Assembly (NCBI GenBank): GCA_965243545.1
Contig: OZ251573.1
Coordinates: 74,510 to 138,509, forward strand
Direction of reading: 5' to 3'
From: Spirochaetia bacterium
GTDB taxonomy: Bacteria; Spirochaetota; Spirochaetia; SZUA-6; Bin103
Length of the DNA: 64,000 nucleotides
The notes below the pieces were generated by a model. That model was not told the DNA's origin, searched no databases, and saw only the letters and a program-made list of their open reading frames with translations. The first letter of the stretch is position 1. Each line of letters starts with the position of its first letter. Shown here one piece after another: positions 36,572-45,388 of this stretch. The position numbers and the translations under genes are program-made.

Positions 36572-36689
36572 GTGCGCCGTGAGATCCTCGTCGTCCGGCG
36601 CGGGGACGTGCAGCCAACCGCCGCGCAGTGTGGCGTCGCCTGTCGCGCCGGCCGTGACCTTCAGGCGATAGCGCCGGCCCAGAGTCGTC

Positions 36690-37688
36690 GGTAATCACAC
36701 AGTTGATCTGTTGGTTGGTGCAGCATCTCTCCCCGGCGATTCCGATCTTACCTATAGTTGAACCAATGCAGGTTACCATGACAGCTCCGGGTGGAATTTC
36801 ACGGACCTGAGAGAGACCTTCCTCCGAGACGTTGCGGCCGGTTATGTTGACTCTCTTGGTCCTTCCAAGATCGGCTGGCGTAACAAAAGGAATCGTACCG
36901 TTCCAGAAATCATGACTGCCAGTGCTCGGCGTACCTCCAGTTACCACTTTGCCAATTTCTCCAATGGTGTTTACGACCCACCCATTCTCGCCGGTCCCCG
37001 TCCTCTTGAATTGTGTGTGCCTTCCACGCAGGCTACGTGTAAAGAGTTCCTGCATCACGCCGCGCTTAACGATCTGCGCTTGGTCGACGGCCGCCTGAGT
37101 CTTCTCTATGGAATCATCCACCGAAGAAAGGACCGCGGCAATCTTGCGTTGCTCTTTCGGTGGAGGAAGCGAAAGCTCCAACGTGTGAAGGTCGGCTTTG
37201 CTCACCGCGGAGAACGTGCTCCCCTGAGAGACACGGACGAGATCAGGCACCGCCCGAGAAAGCGCATGCCACAGGAACGCCGGGTCCACTCCGTCCGCAG
37301 CTATAGCCGAAAGCCCTCGTCCGATCGCTAACTGTTCATGAGCTCGGTTCAGCGCCCCGACCGGAGCCCGAACGCTGAGAAGAATCGCGCCCTGCGCGGC
37401 CTGCTTGGGCGGATCGGTGCAGAACTTCGTGGGTCGCGGGCTTCTAAAGCCAAACTCGGCGTTACCCTGGACGAAAGGAAGTCCGATCCCGTCCTCATTA
37501 ACGGTAGTGGATGGCGGCGACTGGCCCATGGTGATAGCCGCAACCTCGCCGAGGAACGCCGGTACCCATGCCGGACCACTACTGCCGATCCGCCGACGGT
37601 GGATCATGCCGTCAAGGTTACCACAGGGCGGGCCGGCCTGGCCAAGGGCGTCGTAGAGATCGTAGAGGGGCCGCAGAGACCTTGCCAT
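36690..37688 (-). pseudogene. hsdS: type I restriction-modification specificity subunit HsdS, C-terminally truncated
   Basis: MARSL…WVPAFLGEVAAITMGQSP (TRD1) …LPPPKEQRKIAAVLSSVDDSIEKTQAAVDQAQIVKRGVMQELF (central conserved helix) …WVVNTIGEIGKVVTGGTPST…CIGSTIGKIG (TRD2). The frame then degenerates at about 36690 without the second conserved helix. It is AT-richer than the flanks. Confidence 0.65.
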
Positions 37689-37802
37689 GACGGGATGGGT
37701 CGGGCCGTTTTTCAGCGGAGCATGGACCGAGGGCGGCGGGTTGGTGTATACCGCCCACATCGTCTACCTGCTCCCAGAATCACCCGGCCCGGACGCTACC
37801 CG

Positions 37803-40800
37803 ATGATGCTCCCAGGCGGCTCCGCGAACAAGTTGGGCAACCGCTACGAGAAGTGGTGGACCGTGTCGCAGCTCGTCCGAATGCTGGGCGGCGAGGTGGA
37901 CGCTATCCGCATTGAAGACCCTGATGCGGAGAAGGCGGAGTTCGTTGTGACCGTGGGCTCGCGCAGGGAGCTACATCAGGTGAAACGGGTCGCCCCGAAA
38001 GACAATTGGACACTCACAGCGCTTAACGCCGACGGGCTCCTTCGGAAAATCGGCGAGCAGTTGGCTAACAACAACGTCCGGTTCGTCTTTGCGTCGGGTA
38101 GCGGCGCACGTCATCTGTCCAAGCTCTGTGACGCGGCGAATTCCGCGGAATCCACGGAGGAGTTCGAACGCTTCTCTCACGCAGCCAAGGAGGAGCGGAG
38201 TCAACCGTTCAAGAAGCTGCTTCTATACTCAGCGGGGAAGCCAGGGGTGTTGATAGTTGACCAGCTGGACGCGGTGAGCACCATGTCCGGCAGGGGCTCT
38301 GATGCGTTCGATCTGGTAGAACAGCTTCTACACGAGGCACGCGGAACGCGCGCGCGGGTCACAATCCACACGGTCGTTGTCTGTAGGGCCTTCGACTGGG
38401 AGCACGATCCGCGCCTCCGGAAGCTCATGCCTCCTGGGAAAGATCCCGTCGAAGTCACCGAATTCTCCGTGGACGAAGTGAAGACGATTCTCGCCAGAGC
38501 AGACTTCGATCTTGGACTGTTTCGAAGCCGTCAGTTGGAATTGCTGAGAGTTCCCCAGAACCTCTTGCTCTTCCTGGAGGCTGGATTTGAAAAGTCGCAC
38601 AAACCCGAGTTCGGTTCGGCGACGGATCTGTTCGATCGGTATTGGAACGAGAAGAGGCAGGCGGTCGCCGCACGGGTCGCGCAACCGGTGGATTATTGGA
38701 TGGATGTAGTGGACACGCTCTGCGACGAGATGACTGCCAATCAGCAGCTTTCGGTTCCGCGGGAGAAACTCGACAAGATTCCGCCGGCATACTTGGATCA
38801 ACTGGCATCGGAAGGCGTGCTCACTGTTGCCGGCAACCGCTACGGGTTTGGCCATGAGAGCTTCTTTGACTACTGTTTTGCGCGTGTGTTCTTCCGTCGG
38901 TCAGAATCGTTGGTGTCGTTCCTCAAGGAGTCGGAACAGCACCTGTTCCGTCGCGCCCAGGTGCGGCAGGTACTGGCGTATTTGCGTGACCACGATGCTG
39001 ACCGGTACATTCGGGAACTTGGTGGTTTGCTCGCAGACGCCGACGTCCGTACGCATATCAAAGACCTTGCCTTTGCCTTCCTCGCCGATGTCACGGAGCC
39101 AACCGAGCAAGAGTGGAACATCTGGAATGGGTGGATCCCGCCTGCGATAGAGGCCATCAAGGACGGAGCGCGAAACTCGAATGAGCTGTCAGTGCTCGCG
39201 TGGCGGCGATTCGCTGGATCACCGTCGTGGTTTGCGGATGCGAACCAGCGTGGCCTGATAAGGACATGGCTATCGTCAGGCAGCGAACGTCTCGCCGATA
39301 TGGCGGTGAGCTACCTGACCGGCCACCAGCGCCACTCGCCGGATCAAGTCGCCGCCATCATGGAACCGTACGCCGGTCGCGGCGGCGTGTGGGCGCAGAG
39401 GCTGCGCTCTTTAGTGGAACGAGCCCAGCACCACGCCAGTCGCCGCTTCTTTGATTTCGTTCTGCGTCTGGTAGCAAACGGCACGCTCGACGAGGCGCGT
39501 AGGCCGTCCGGGGCGGACGGCACGTTCTGGCGCATGTTCTACAACCTGGGCGAGGAGCGCCCTGAGTGGGTGCCGGAGCTTCTGGCCGATTACCTCCGGC
39601 GTCGCCTTGCGGTGGTCCGCCGTGGCGGCGATGTGGTGAATGAACGCATGATCGGCTACGACGACTACGCAGGACGGCTGTTTGCCAAATCGGCAGCAAG
39701 CGCTCCCGCCGAGTTCGTTCGGCGTGTGCTTCCTCCGGTTCTTGAAATTGCTGACTTGGCCGTGGTTGGTGACGAACGTCCGAAGCGGGACACCGTGTGG
39801 CCAACTCGCATAGCGACGGAACATCCCCGGGGCGACCAAGCGTGCGTAATGGGCTTGGCGAGCGCGTTGGCTGCCGTTGCAAGTCAGGAAACCGCGAGGC
39901 TACAGGATGTGGTCGGTGACCTGCGCCGTCGCGACACGTACATCGCGAATTATCTCCTGCTGTCTCTCTACGGCGGGGCTTCTGCGCGATACGCGGACGA
40001 GGCGGCGTTGTTACTCTGCGACGAACCGTGGCGATTTCAATGCGGATTTGCCGGCAGTTCGAATTGGTGCGCGGTAGAACTGATTCGGGCGATAGTTCCA
40101 CATTGCGCTACGAGCAATCGTATGCTACTTGAAAGAGCAATAATGGGTTACACATCTCGCTCGGAAGGTACCGTAGACGGCTTGAAGTACAGACAGATCG
40201 GGCGGGCGAGGTTCAACTTGCTCTCGGCGATACCCGGAGAACTCCGCAGCAGGCGCGCAAACTCCCATTTCGATGATGCAGAGGTTTCAAGCAGTCTCAA
40301 ACTCCGGGTCTGCGGCAAGGCGTTTGCTGAGTCGCGTGTGCACTGCGGTAGGGCGATCGCGGATGTTCTCGGCGCCATTGGAGATTTGCTTCCGGAGCGC
40401 GCAATCGGAATGCTCGACTGGCTCGCTACGGAACACGACGATCCAGTCAAGGAAGCGTGGAGGGAGGAGGCCGGTGGAGGCCAAAGCTACTACAACGGCG
40501 ACATCCACATGAACGGCATAAACACGGCGCGCGGGAGAGCAGCCGAAGCAGTTCAGGCTCTCATTCTGAAGGACGCCGCATACGTCACACGGTTTCGCCC
40601 GACTATTGAAAGGATGATACGCGATCGGAGCGCCGCGGTCCTCTCTTGTGTCGCGGGTACGCTCCGGGCGGTAGCGTCGCGTGACCCTGCGCTCGGTGTG
40701 TCGTTGTTCTTGCGGATGAATCTGGACGAGGAACGGTTGCTCGCAACTCGACACGTAACCGGGATGATCAGGAGCAATTTGCGGCACAGCCGAACGTATG

Positions 40801-40829
40801 ATCCGGTCGTCAGAACCGGAAGTCCGTGA
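37803..40829 (+). CDS. large uncharacterised protein: N-terminal PD-(D/E)xK-like (Mrr/DUF4297-type) nuclease-like domain, degenerate NTPase-like core, C-terminal HEAT/TPR-like alpha-solenoid (Avs/STAND-like architecture)
   Basis: N-terminus MMLPGGSANKLGNRYEKWWTVSQLVRMLGGEVDAIRIEDPDAEKAEFVVTVGSRRELHQVKRV (hh-ED … E-hh … QVK pattern). Then VRFVFASGSGARHLSKL (a P-loop-like segment lacking Lys) and GVLIVDQLDAV (Walker-B-like). A further 600 or more aa are Trp/Leu/Arg-rich helical repeats. ATG 37803 has a tandem ATG. It lies between the hsdS and hsdM remnants on the opposite strand. Confidence 0.55.
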   Translation: MMLPGGSANKLGNRYEKWWTVSQLVRMLGGEVDAIRIEDPDAEKAEFVVTVGSRRELHQVKRVAPKDNWTLTALNADGLLRKIGEQLANNNVRFVFASGSGARHLSKLCDAANSAESTEEFERFSHAAKEERSQPFKKLLLYSAGKPGVLIVDQLDAVSTMSGRGSDAFDLVEQLLHEARGTRARVTIHTVVVCRAFDWEHDPRLRKLMPPGKDPVEVTEFSVDEVKTILARADFDLGLFRSRQLELLRVPQNLLLFLEAGFEKSHKPEFGSATDLFDRYWNEKRQAVAARVAQPVDYWMDVVDTLCDEMTANQQLSVPREKLDKIPPAYLDQLASEGVLTVAGNRYGFGHESFFDYCFARVFFRRSESLVSFLKESEQHLFRRAQVRQVLAYLRDHDADRYIRELGGLLADADVRTHIKDLAFAFLADVTEPTEQEWNIWNGWIPPAIEAIKDGARNSNELSVLAWRRFAGSPSWFADANQRGLIRTWLSSGSERLADMAVSYLTGHQRHSPDQVAAIMEPYAGRGGVWAQRLRSLVERAQHHASRRFFDFVLRLVANGTLDEARRPSGADGTFWRMFYNLGEERPEWVPELLADYLRRRLAVVRRGGDVVNERMIGYDDYAGRLFAKSAASAPAEFVRRVLPPVLEIADLAVVGDERPKRDTVWPTRIATEHPRGDQACVMGLASALAAVASQETARLQDVVGDLRRRDTYIANYLLLSLYGGASARYADEAALLLCDEPWRFQCGFAGSSNWCAVELIRAIVPHCATSNRMLLERAIMGYTSRSEGTVDGLKYRQIGRARFNLLSAIPGELRSRRANSHFDDAEVSSSLKLRVCGKAFAESRVHCGRAIADVLGAIGDLLPERAIGMLDWLATEHDDPVKEAWREEAGGGQSYYNGDIHMNGINTARGRAAEAVQALILKDAAYVTRFRPTIERMIRDRSAAVLSCVAGTLRAVASRDPALGVSLFLRMNLDEERLLATRHVTGMIRSNLRHSRTYDPVVRTGSP

Positions 40830-41382
40830 AGCTGGCGCACGCATGGTAAGCCTTGCCGCGTTGGAAAAACAAAGTGCAGCGGATCTCGAGGACGAGGTGT
40901 TGCGTGGTGACGTCAGTCACCGGCTTGGCGTCGCTCAGGTCGCTTCCGCTAACATAACGTTGACCGATTGTCGAGCGTGGTGTGAAGCGAGGATAGCGGT
41001 CCTATTCAACGATAGCGATGCGCGCGTCCGGCGCGAAGCGGCGTCATGTTTCTCTCGGTTGACAGATGATGAGGCCCTCGACACATACAACGATCTGATC
41101 ACGGCGTTTTGCGAGAGCGCGGCGTTCGAGAGCGGCTCGCTCTGGCTCGTTAGCGCACTGGAGGAATCGTTGGAGCGTCTTCCGGGGATGACGTGCATGG
41201 TCTGTGAACGGTACCTTGATCGTGGCGCCGGCGAGAGGTTCGATGTCGCCAAACTCATATTTCGGACGTACCAGCAACATCAGAACGACGAATGGACAAG
41301 GCCGTCGTTGGACCTGATAGATCGCCTGTGTCTGGGGCGGCATCTCGGGGCGGAGCACGAGCTGGAGCAGTTCGATCGGTAA
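40798..41382 (+). CDS. HEAT-repeat-like fragment; probable frameshifted C-terminal continuation of the preceding large gene
   Basis: …SEPEVREAGARMVSLAALEK…NDSDARVRREAASCFSRLTDDEAL… (HEAT-like s.d.VR..Aa..L units). It overlaps the upstream ORF by 32 nt in the +1 frame. Confidence 0.35.
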   Translation: MIRSSEPEVREAGARMVSLAALEKQSAADLEDEVLRGDVSHRLGVAQVASANITLTDCRAWCEARIAVLFNDSDARVRREAASCFSRLTDDEALDTYNDLITAFCESAAFESGSLWLVSALEESLERLPGMTCMVCERYLDRGAGERFDVAKLIFRTYQQHQNDEWTRPSLDLIDRLCLGRHLGAEHELEQFDR

Positions 41383-41533
41383 GCGGGAGCACGGACGACT
41401 TTGAGCGCGGGCGGCGCAGTGCGGTAGGGCTGATGGACTACGGGTGGGTGTGCTCGGCGCGATGCGGCCGCGGCTGGTAGGGGCAGTGACCAACGCGCGG
41501 TCAGCAATCGGCTGCAACACAACGCGGCGGCGC

Positions 41534-41826
41534 ATGGACCAGGAGCGGCGGTTGGTGTACACTGCCTACATGGCCTACACCGACAGGATCACCATCGAGC
41601 CGGGCAAGCGTGGCGGCAAGCCCTGTATTCGCGGGATGCGGATGACGGTATACGCATTCGCGGGACGCGGGTCACGGTAATCGAAGTACTCGAATCCCGC
41701 GGCTCGGGGATGACGCAAGAACAGACTCTGGCGAACTTTCCGGACCTGCAAGCGGCCGACGTTCAGGCATGCCTGGAGTACGCCGCGGACCGCGAGCGCA
41801 AGATGGTGGCGATCCCGCGGGAGTAA
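41534..41826 (+). pseudogene. DUF433-family (antitoxin-like) gene disrupted by a 29-nt diverged tandem duplication
   Basis: Frame 1 reads …AYTDRITIEPGKRGGKPCIRGMRMTVYAFAGRGSR then a stop. The next frame, from 41656, reads IRGTRVTVIEVLESRGSGMTQEQTLANFPDLQAADVQACLEYAADRERKMVAIPRE then a stop. Removing copy 1 (41627-41655, attcgcgggatgcggatgacggtatacgc, versus copy 2 attcgcgggacgcgggtcacggtaatcga) restores an intact DUF433 protein. Confidence 0.55.
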
Positions 41827-41941
41827 CGCGGCGGCGGTGGGTGGCGCCAGGAGACGGATCGTCGACGTCGGGGCCCTCTCGGGCGGCTTGCCACGCACCG
41901 CGTATGCGCGTATTCTCTGTTGCCGAACGGATGGGGAGACC

Positions 41942-43012
41942 ATGAGTACGCTCCAAGAGCAGGTAACGGATCTGAGCTACCGGACCGATCGACTGGAAGT
42001 GCTGTGCGAACGGCTCCTGGACAGCATCGATCAGACCGTCCGGGAAATGAAAGCGGAAGGCGCCAGAGACCGGGCGGCAGCTGCGCGAGCACGAGAGGAA
42101 GACCGGGCGGAAGCTGCCAGAGCACGGGCGGAGGACCGGGCGGAAGCTGCCAAAGCGTGGGAAGCGGCTGCCAAAGCACGAGAGGAAGACCGCGCGGAAG
42201 CTGCCAAAGCGCGGGAGGCGGCTGAGCGAGCGCGGGCGGAGGACCGGGCGGCAGCTGCGCGAGCACGAGAGGAAGACCAAGCGGAAGCTGCCAAAGCACG
42301 GGAAGCGGCTGAGCGAGCACGGGCGGAGGACCGGGCGGAAGCTGCCAAAGCGTGGGAAGCGGCTGCCAAAGCACGAGAGGAAGACCGGGCGGAAGCTGCC
42401 AAAGCACGGGAAGCGGCTGAGCGAGCACGGGCGGAGGACCGGGCGGAAGCTGCCAAAGCACGGGAAGCGGCTGACAGAGCGCGAGAAGCGGCTGACAAAG
42501 AACGGAAAGAGGACCGGAGGGCGTGGAACCGGCGCTGGGGTCGGTTAGCCAACAAGATGGGCACCGTCGTGCAGGACATCGTCGCTCCGAGCCTGCAGCG
42601 TATCGCGCGCGACGAATTGAACTGCGGCGAGGAACAGTCCTTCAGCGTCTCCGTGTCCCGCTACCGTAGCGATGACCGGCACTACCGCCGCGAGTTCGAC
42701 GCGCTCTACGTCGGGGCGCGCGGGGTGCTGCTCAACGAGACCAAGTCCACGGCCCACAGCGAGTATGCAACGCGCTTCGTCCAGTTCCTGAAAAGCGGTG
42801 AGTTCGCGCTCTACTTCCCGGAGCACCGGCATCTGAAGCTGGTGCCGGTGTTCTCGTCGCTGCGTCTGCCCGACCATCTGATCCCGTTTCTGACCAAGAA
42901 CGGAATCTATGCGGTGAGCATGGGCGAGGAAACGATGCAGGTGCTCAATCGGGATGCGATAGCCGCCCGCGAGCGCAACTCGCCCGCTGCGTCCGCCGGC
43001 AGCGTGAAGTAA
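41942..43012 (+). CDS. coiled-coil protein with C-terminal PD-(D/E)xK-like nuclease domain (DUF3782-like)
   Basis: MSTLQEQVTDLSYRTDRLEVLCERLL…, then about 150 aa of AEAAKAREAAERARAEDR-type repeats encoded by 33/66-bp periodic DNA repeats at 42040-42500, then REFDALYVGARGVLLNETKS (D … E-x-K) and a further conserved C-terminal segment. Confidence 0.6.
   Translation: MSTLQEQVTDLSYRTDRLEVLCERLLDSIDQTVREMKAEGARDRAAAARAREEDRAEAARARAEDRAEAAKAWEAAAKAREEDRAEAAKAREAAERARAEDRAAAARAREEDQAEAAKAREAAERARAEDRAEAAKAWEAAAKAREEDRAEAAKAREAAERARAEDRAEAAKAREAADRAREAADKERKEDRRAWNRRWGRLANKMGTVVQDIVAPSLQRIARDELNCGEEQSFSVSVSRYRSDDRHYRREFDALYVGARGVLLNETKSTAHSEYATRFVQFLKSGEFALYFPEHRHLKLVPVFSSLRLPDHLIPFLTKNGIYAVSMGEETMQVLNRDAIAARERNSPAASAGSVK
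42040..42500. repeat. 33/66-bp periodic coding repeats (coiled-coil region of the DUF3782-like gene)
   Basis: Repeated gaagctgccaaagcacgggaagcggctgagcgagcacgggcggaggaccgggcg-type units. On the opposite strand they generate the spurious ORFs 41763-42461 and 42031-42579. Confidence 0.7.
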
Positions 43013-43064
43013 GGTGAAGTAGCTTCAGAACTTACCGCCGAGCTCGTTCCTGTCGCTGGTTGAC

Positions 43065-44310
43065 TCAACCGACGTCATATCCGAGCTCTGCCAGGTAGCG
43101 GTTCATCGTTGCCTCGGCGGCGGCGCGCTCGCGCTCCAGCTCCCGCAGCTTGCGCACGGCGTCCGCCACGTCGATCCGTTCCTCCTCGTCGGCGTTGTCC
43201 ACGTAGCGGCTGATGTTCAGATTCCAGTCGTTTTCTTCGATCTCGGCGACCGGCACGACCCGTGCGTACTTCTGTACGTCAGCGAAGGCGTGGAACGTGC
43301 CGGCGACGTGTTCGACGTCCTGCTGGCGCAGGCGGTTCTGGTTGCTGCCCTCCTCGAACTCGGCGGAGGCGTCGATGAACAGCACCTTGCCGCGGCGCGG
43401 CGCCGGCTTGTCCCGGTTGAGCAGCAGGATGGAGGCCGGGATGCCGGTGCCGTAGAACAGGTTGGGCGCCAGGCCGATCACCGCCTCGAACAGGTCCTCC
43501 CGGAGCATCCCCTGGCGAATCTTGCCCTCGGCGCCGCTGCGGAACAGGACGCCGTGCGGCATCACCACGCCGAGCCGGCCGGTCCGGTTCAGCACCGCCA
43601 CCATGTGCTGCACGAACGCCAGGTCGCCCTTGGTCTTCGGCGGCAGGCCGAACCGGAAGCGCCCGTACCCGTCGCTCTCGGCCACCTCGCGGCCCCACTC
43701 GTCCAGGCTGAACGGCGGATTGGCGATCACCCGGTCGTATGCGCGGCGTGTAGAACTCGCCGCCCTTCTTGCCCGCGTCGTCGGCGAACTGCTTGATCAG
43801 GTACTCGTAAGCGCGGCCGAGCAGATCGGGCTCCGCCATGCGGTCGTTGCGGAGCGAAACCTGCGAGAAGTGCTGCACCAGCCGGGCCAGCACGGTGTCG
43901 CGGTTGCGCGCGTCGCCGAGCTTGCGTTCGTCGTTGAAGTCGATACCGGCGAGCACGCCCTCCAACGCGGCGTTCTGTTCCTCCAACGCCGAGCACGCCT
44001 TGTTGAGGGTCTCGCCGATGTCGGCGGCCGCGGCACCGATGGCGCCCCACCGCGCCCGCTTCGGCACGAAGAACTGGTGCTCGTCCGGATCGGTCCGGGC
44101 CGCGTCCGCAGGCACGCCGTCGGCGATCAGCTTCTCCGCCTCCTCCTCGAACCGGTCCGACAGCCGCTTCAGGAACAGCAGGCCGAAGATGTAGGTCTTG
44201 TAGTCGCTGCTGTCGATCGATCCGCGCAGGATGTCGGCCGCCGCCCAGAGGTACTGTTCGAGCTGCGCCACGCTCAGCACGCCGGCCGCCGGCGCGGCCG
44301 TGTTCCGCAC
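43065..44310 (-). pseudogene. hsdM: type I restriction-modification methyltransferase HsdM with internal deletion of the catalytic core (frameshifted)
   Basis: The N-terminal frame reads …LSVAQLEQYLWAAADILRGSIDSSDYKTYIFGLLFLKRLSDRFE…LLGRAYEYLIKQFADDAGKKGGEFYTPR (HsdM_N plus the start of the methylase). Immediately afterwards, in another frame, it reads (Y)DRVIANPPFSLDEW…VLFIDASAEF…NLNISRYV (motif IV to the C-terminus). About 130 aa, including the AdoMet motif I, are missing between them. Confidence 0.7.
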
Positions 44311-44563
44311 CGGGCGGGGCGAGGACGATGCGGGGGCCGGCGCCCCCCGAACGCGGCGGCTCACTCGTTGCTCCCCGGCGGGCGGTTTTGCATGGCGGCC
44401 CCATTCAACGACATTCCCGGCCCGTGGTCCAGTCGCTGAATAGGCCAACGCGGCCGAAGACCGTGGGAGTGACAGCGTGACGGCGCCTCATCGGATGCGG
44501 TAGAATGGACGGCCGGAAGCTCGCGCGGAGCGAGATGGCCGGCCGATAACGGGAGGTGCGCCG

Positions 44564-44947
44564 ATGAAGGCATTCGGTATCGTGGTCGTGATCCTTGCCT
44601 GCGTGCTGGGGGTGATGGGCGTCTTCGGGTCGATCACGGACATCGCCAACCGCACGCTCACGTTTTTCAGCGTCGCCATTGAGAGTATCCTGAGCGTCGT
44701 CACCGCGGCGCTGATCGTCATCGTGGTGCTCGGCCGCAGTCAGGACTCACGGTTCGGGCGGCTGGCGGCGTCCGTCGTTTCGTTCAGCATGATAGCGAAT
44801 CTGATCCTGTTGATCGGATTCGTGACCGGTTCCGTCGAGCAGGGCAATCCCGAATTGGCGTGGTTCATGCCGCTGGTTCCGGCTGCGGTGCAGGGCCTCT
44901 TTCTCATCCATTATCTGCGGTCGGAGGATACGGGCGCGGACCGCTGA
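44564..44947 (+). CDS. small 4-TM membrane protein, hypothetical (low GC, island-associated)
   Basis: MKAFGIVVVILACVLGVMGVFGS…, four hydrophobic helices. The RBS GGGAGGTG lies 5 nt upstream. There is a possible -10 TAGAAT at about 44501. Confidence 0.5.
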   Translation: MKAFGIVVVILACVLGVMGVFGSITDIANRTLTFFSVAIESILSVVTAALIVIVVLGRSQDSRFGRLAASVVSFSMIANLILLIGFVTGSVEQGNPELAWFMPLVPAAVQGLFLIHYLRSEDTGADR

Positions 44948-45388
44948 TGCAGGCGGTCACGTCCACGGCGGCCGGTCGCAGCCGCGGAACGGGTAGTGGT
45001 CGCCCGGCCGGAAGCGCGGTAACGGCGGGTAGGTGTTGACCCCGCGTACTGCCTTGCCGCGGCACAGATACGCCGGATGGTACACTGCCGGCATGTGCCG
45101 CAGTATCCGCCCGCTCCACAACTTCGCCCCGCCGGCCAGCGACCGGGAGATGCGCGCCGCGGCGCTGCAGTACGTCCGCAAGGTCAGCGGCGCGTCCAAG
45201 CCGTCGCAGGCCAACGCCCGCGTCTTCGAGCGCGCGGTCGACGAGGTCGCGCTCGCCACGCGGCGGCTGCTCGACTCGCTGGTGACCGCGGCGCCGCCGC
45301 GCAACCGCGAGGCGGAGGCCGCCAAAGCGCGGCAGCGAGCCGAGCGGCGCTTCGGCCCGGCAGCGGCGCAGCCGGCGCCGGCGCGCCG

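Noticed and set aside
41763-42579. Minus-strand ORFs (232 and 182 aa, PPGPPPVLAQPLP… and ASARSSARA… repeats) opposite the coiled-coil gene
   Set aside because: They are reverse-strand translations of the 33/66-bp coding repeats. The +strand gene has the start, the N-terminal head and the nuclease-like C-terminus.
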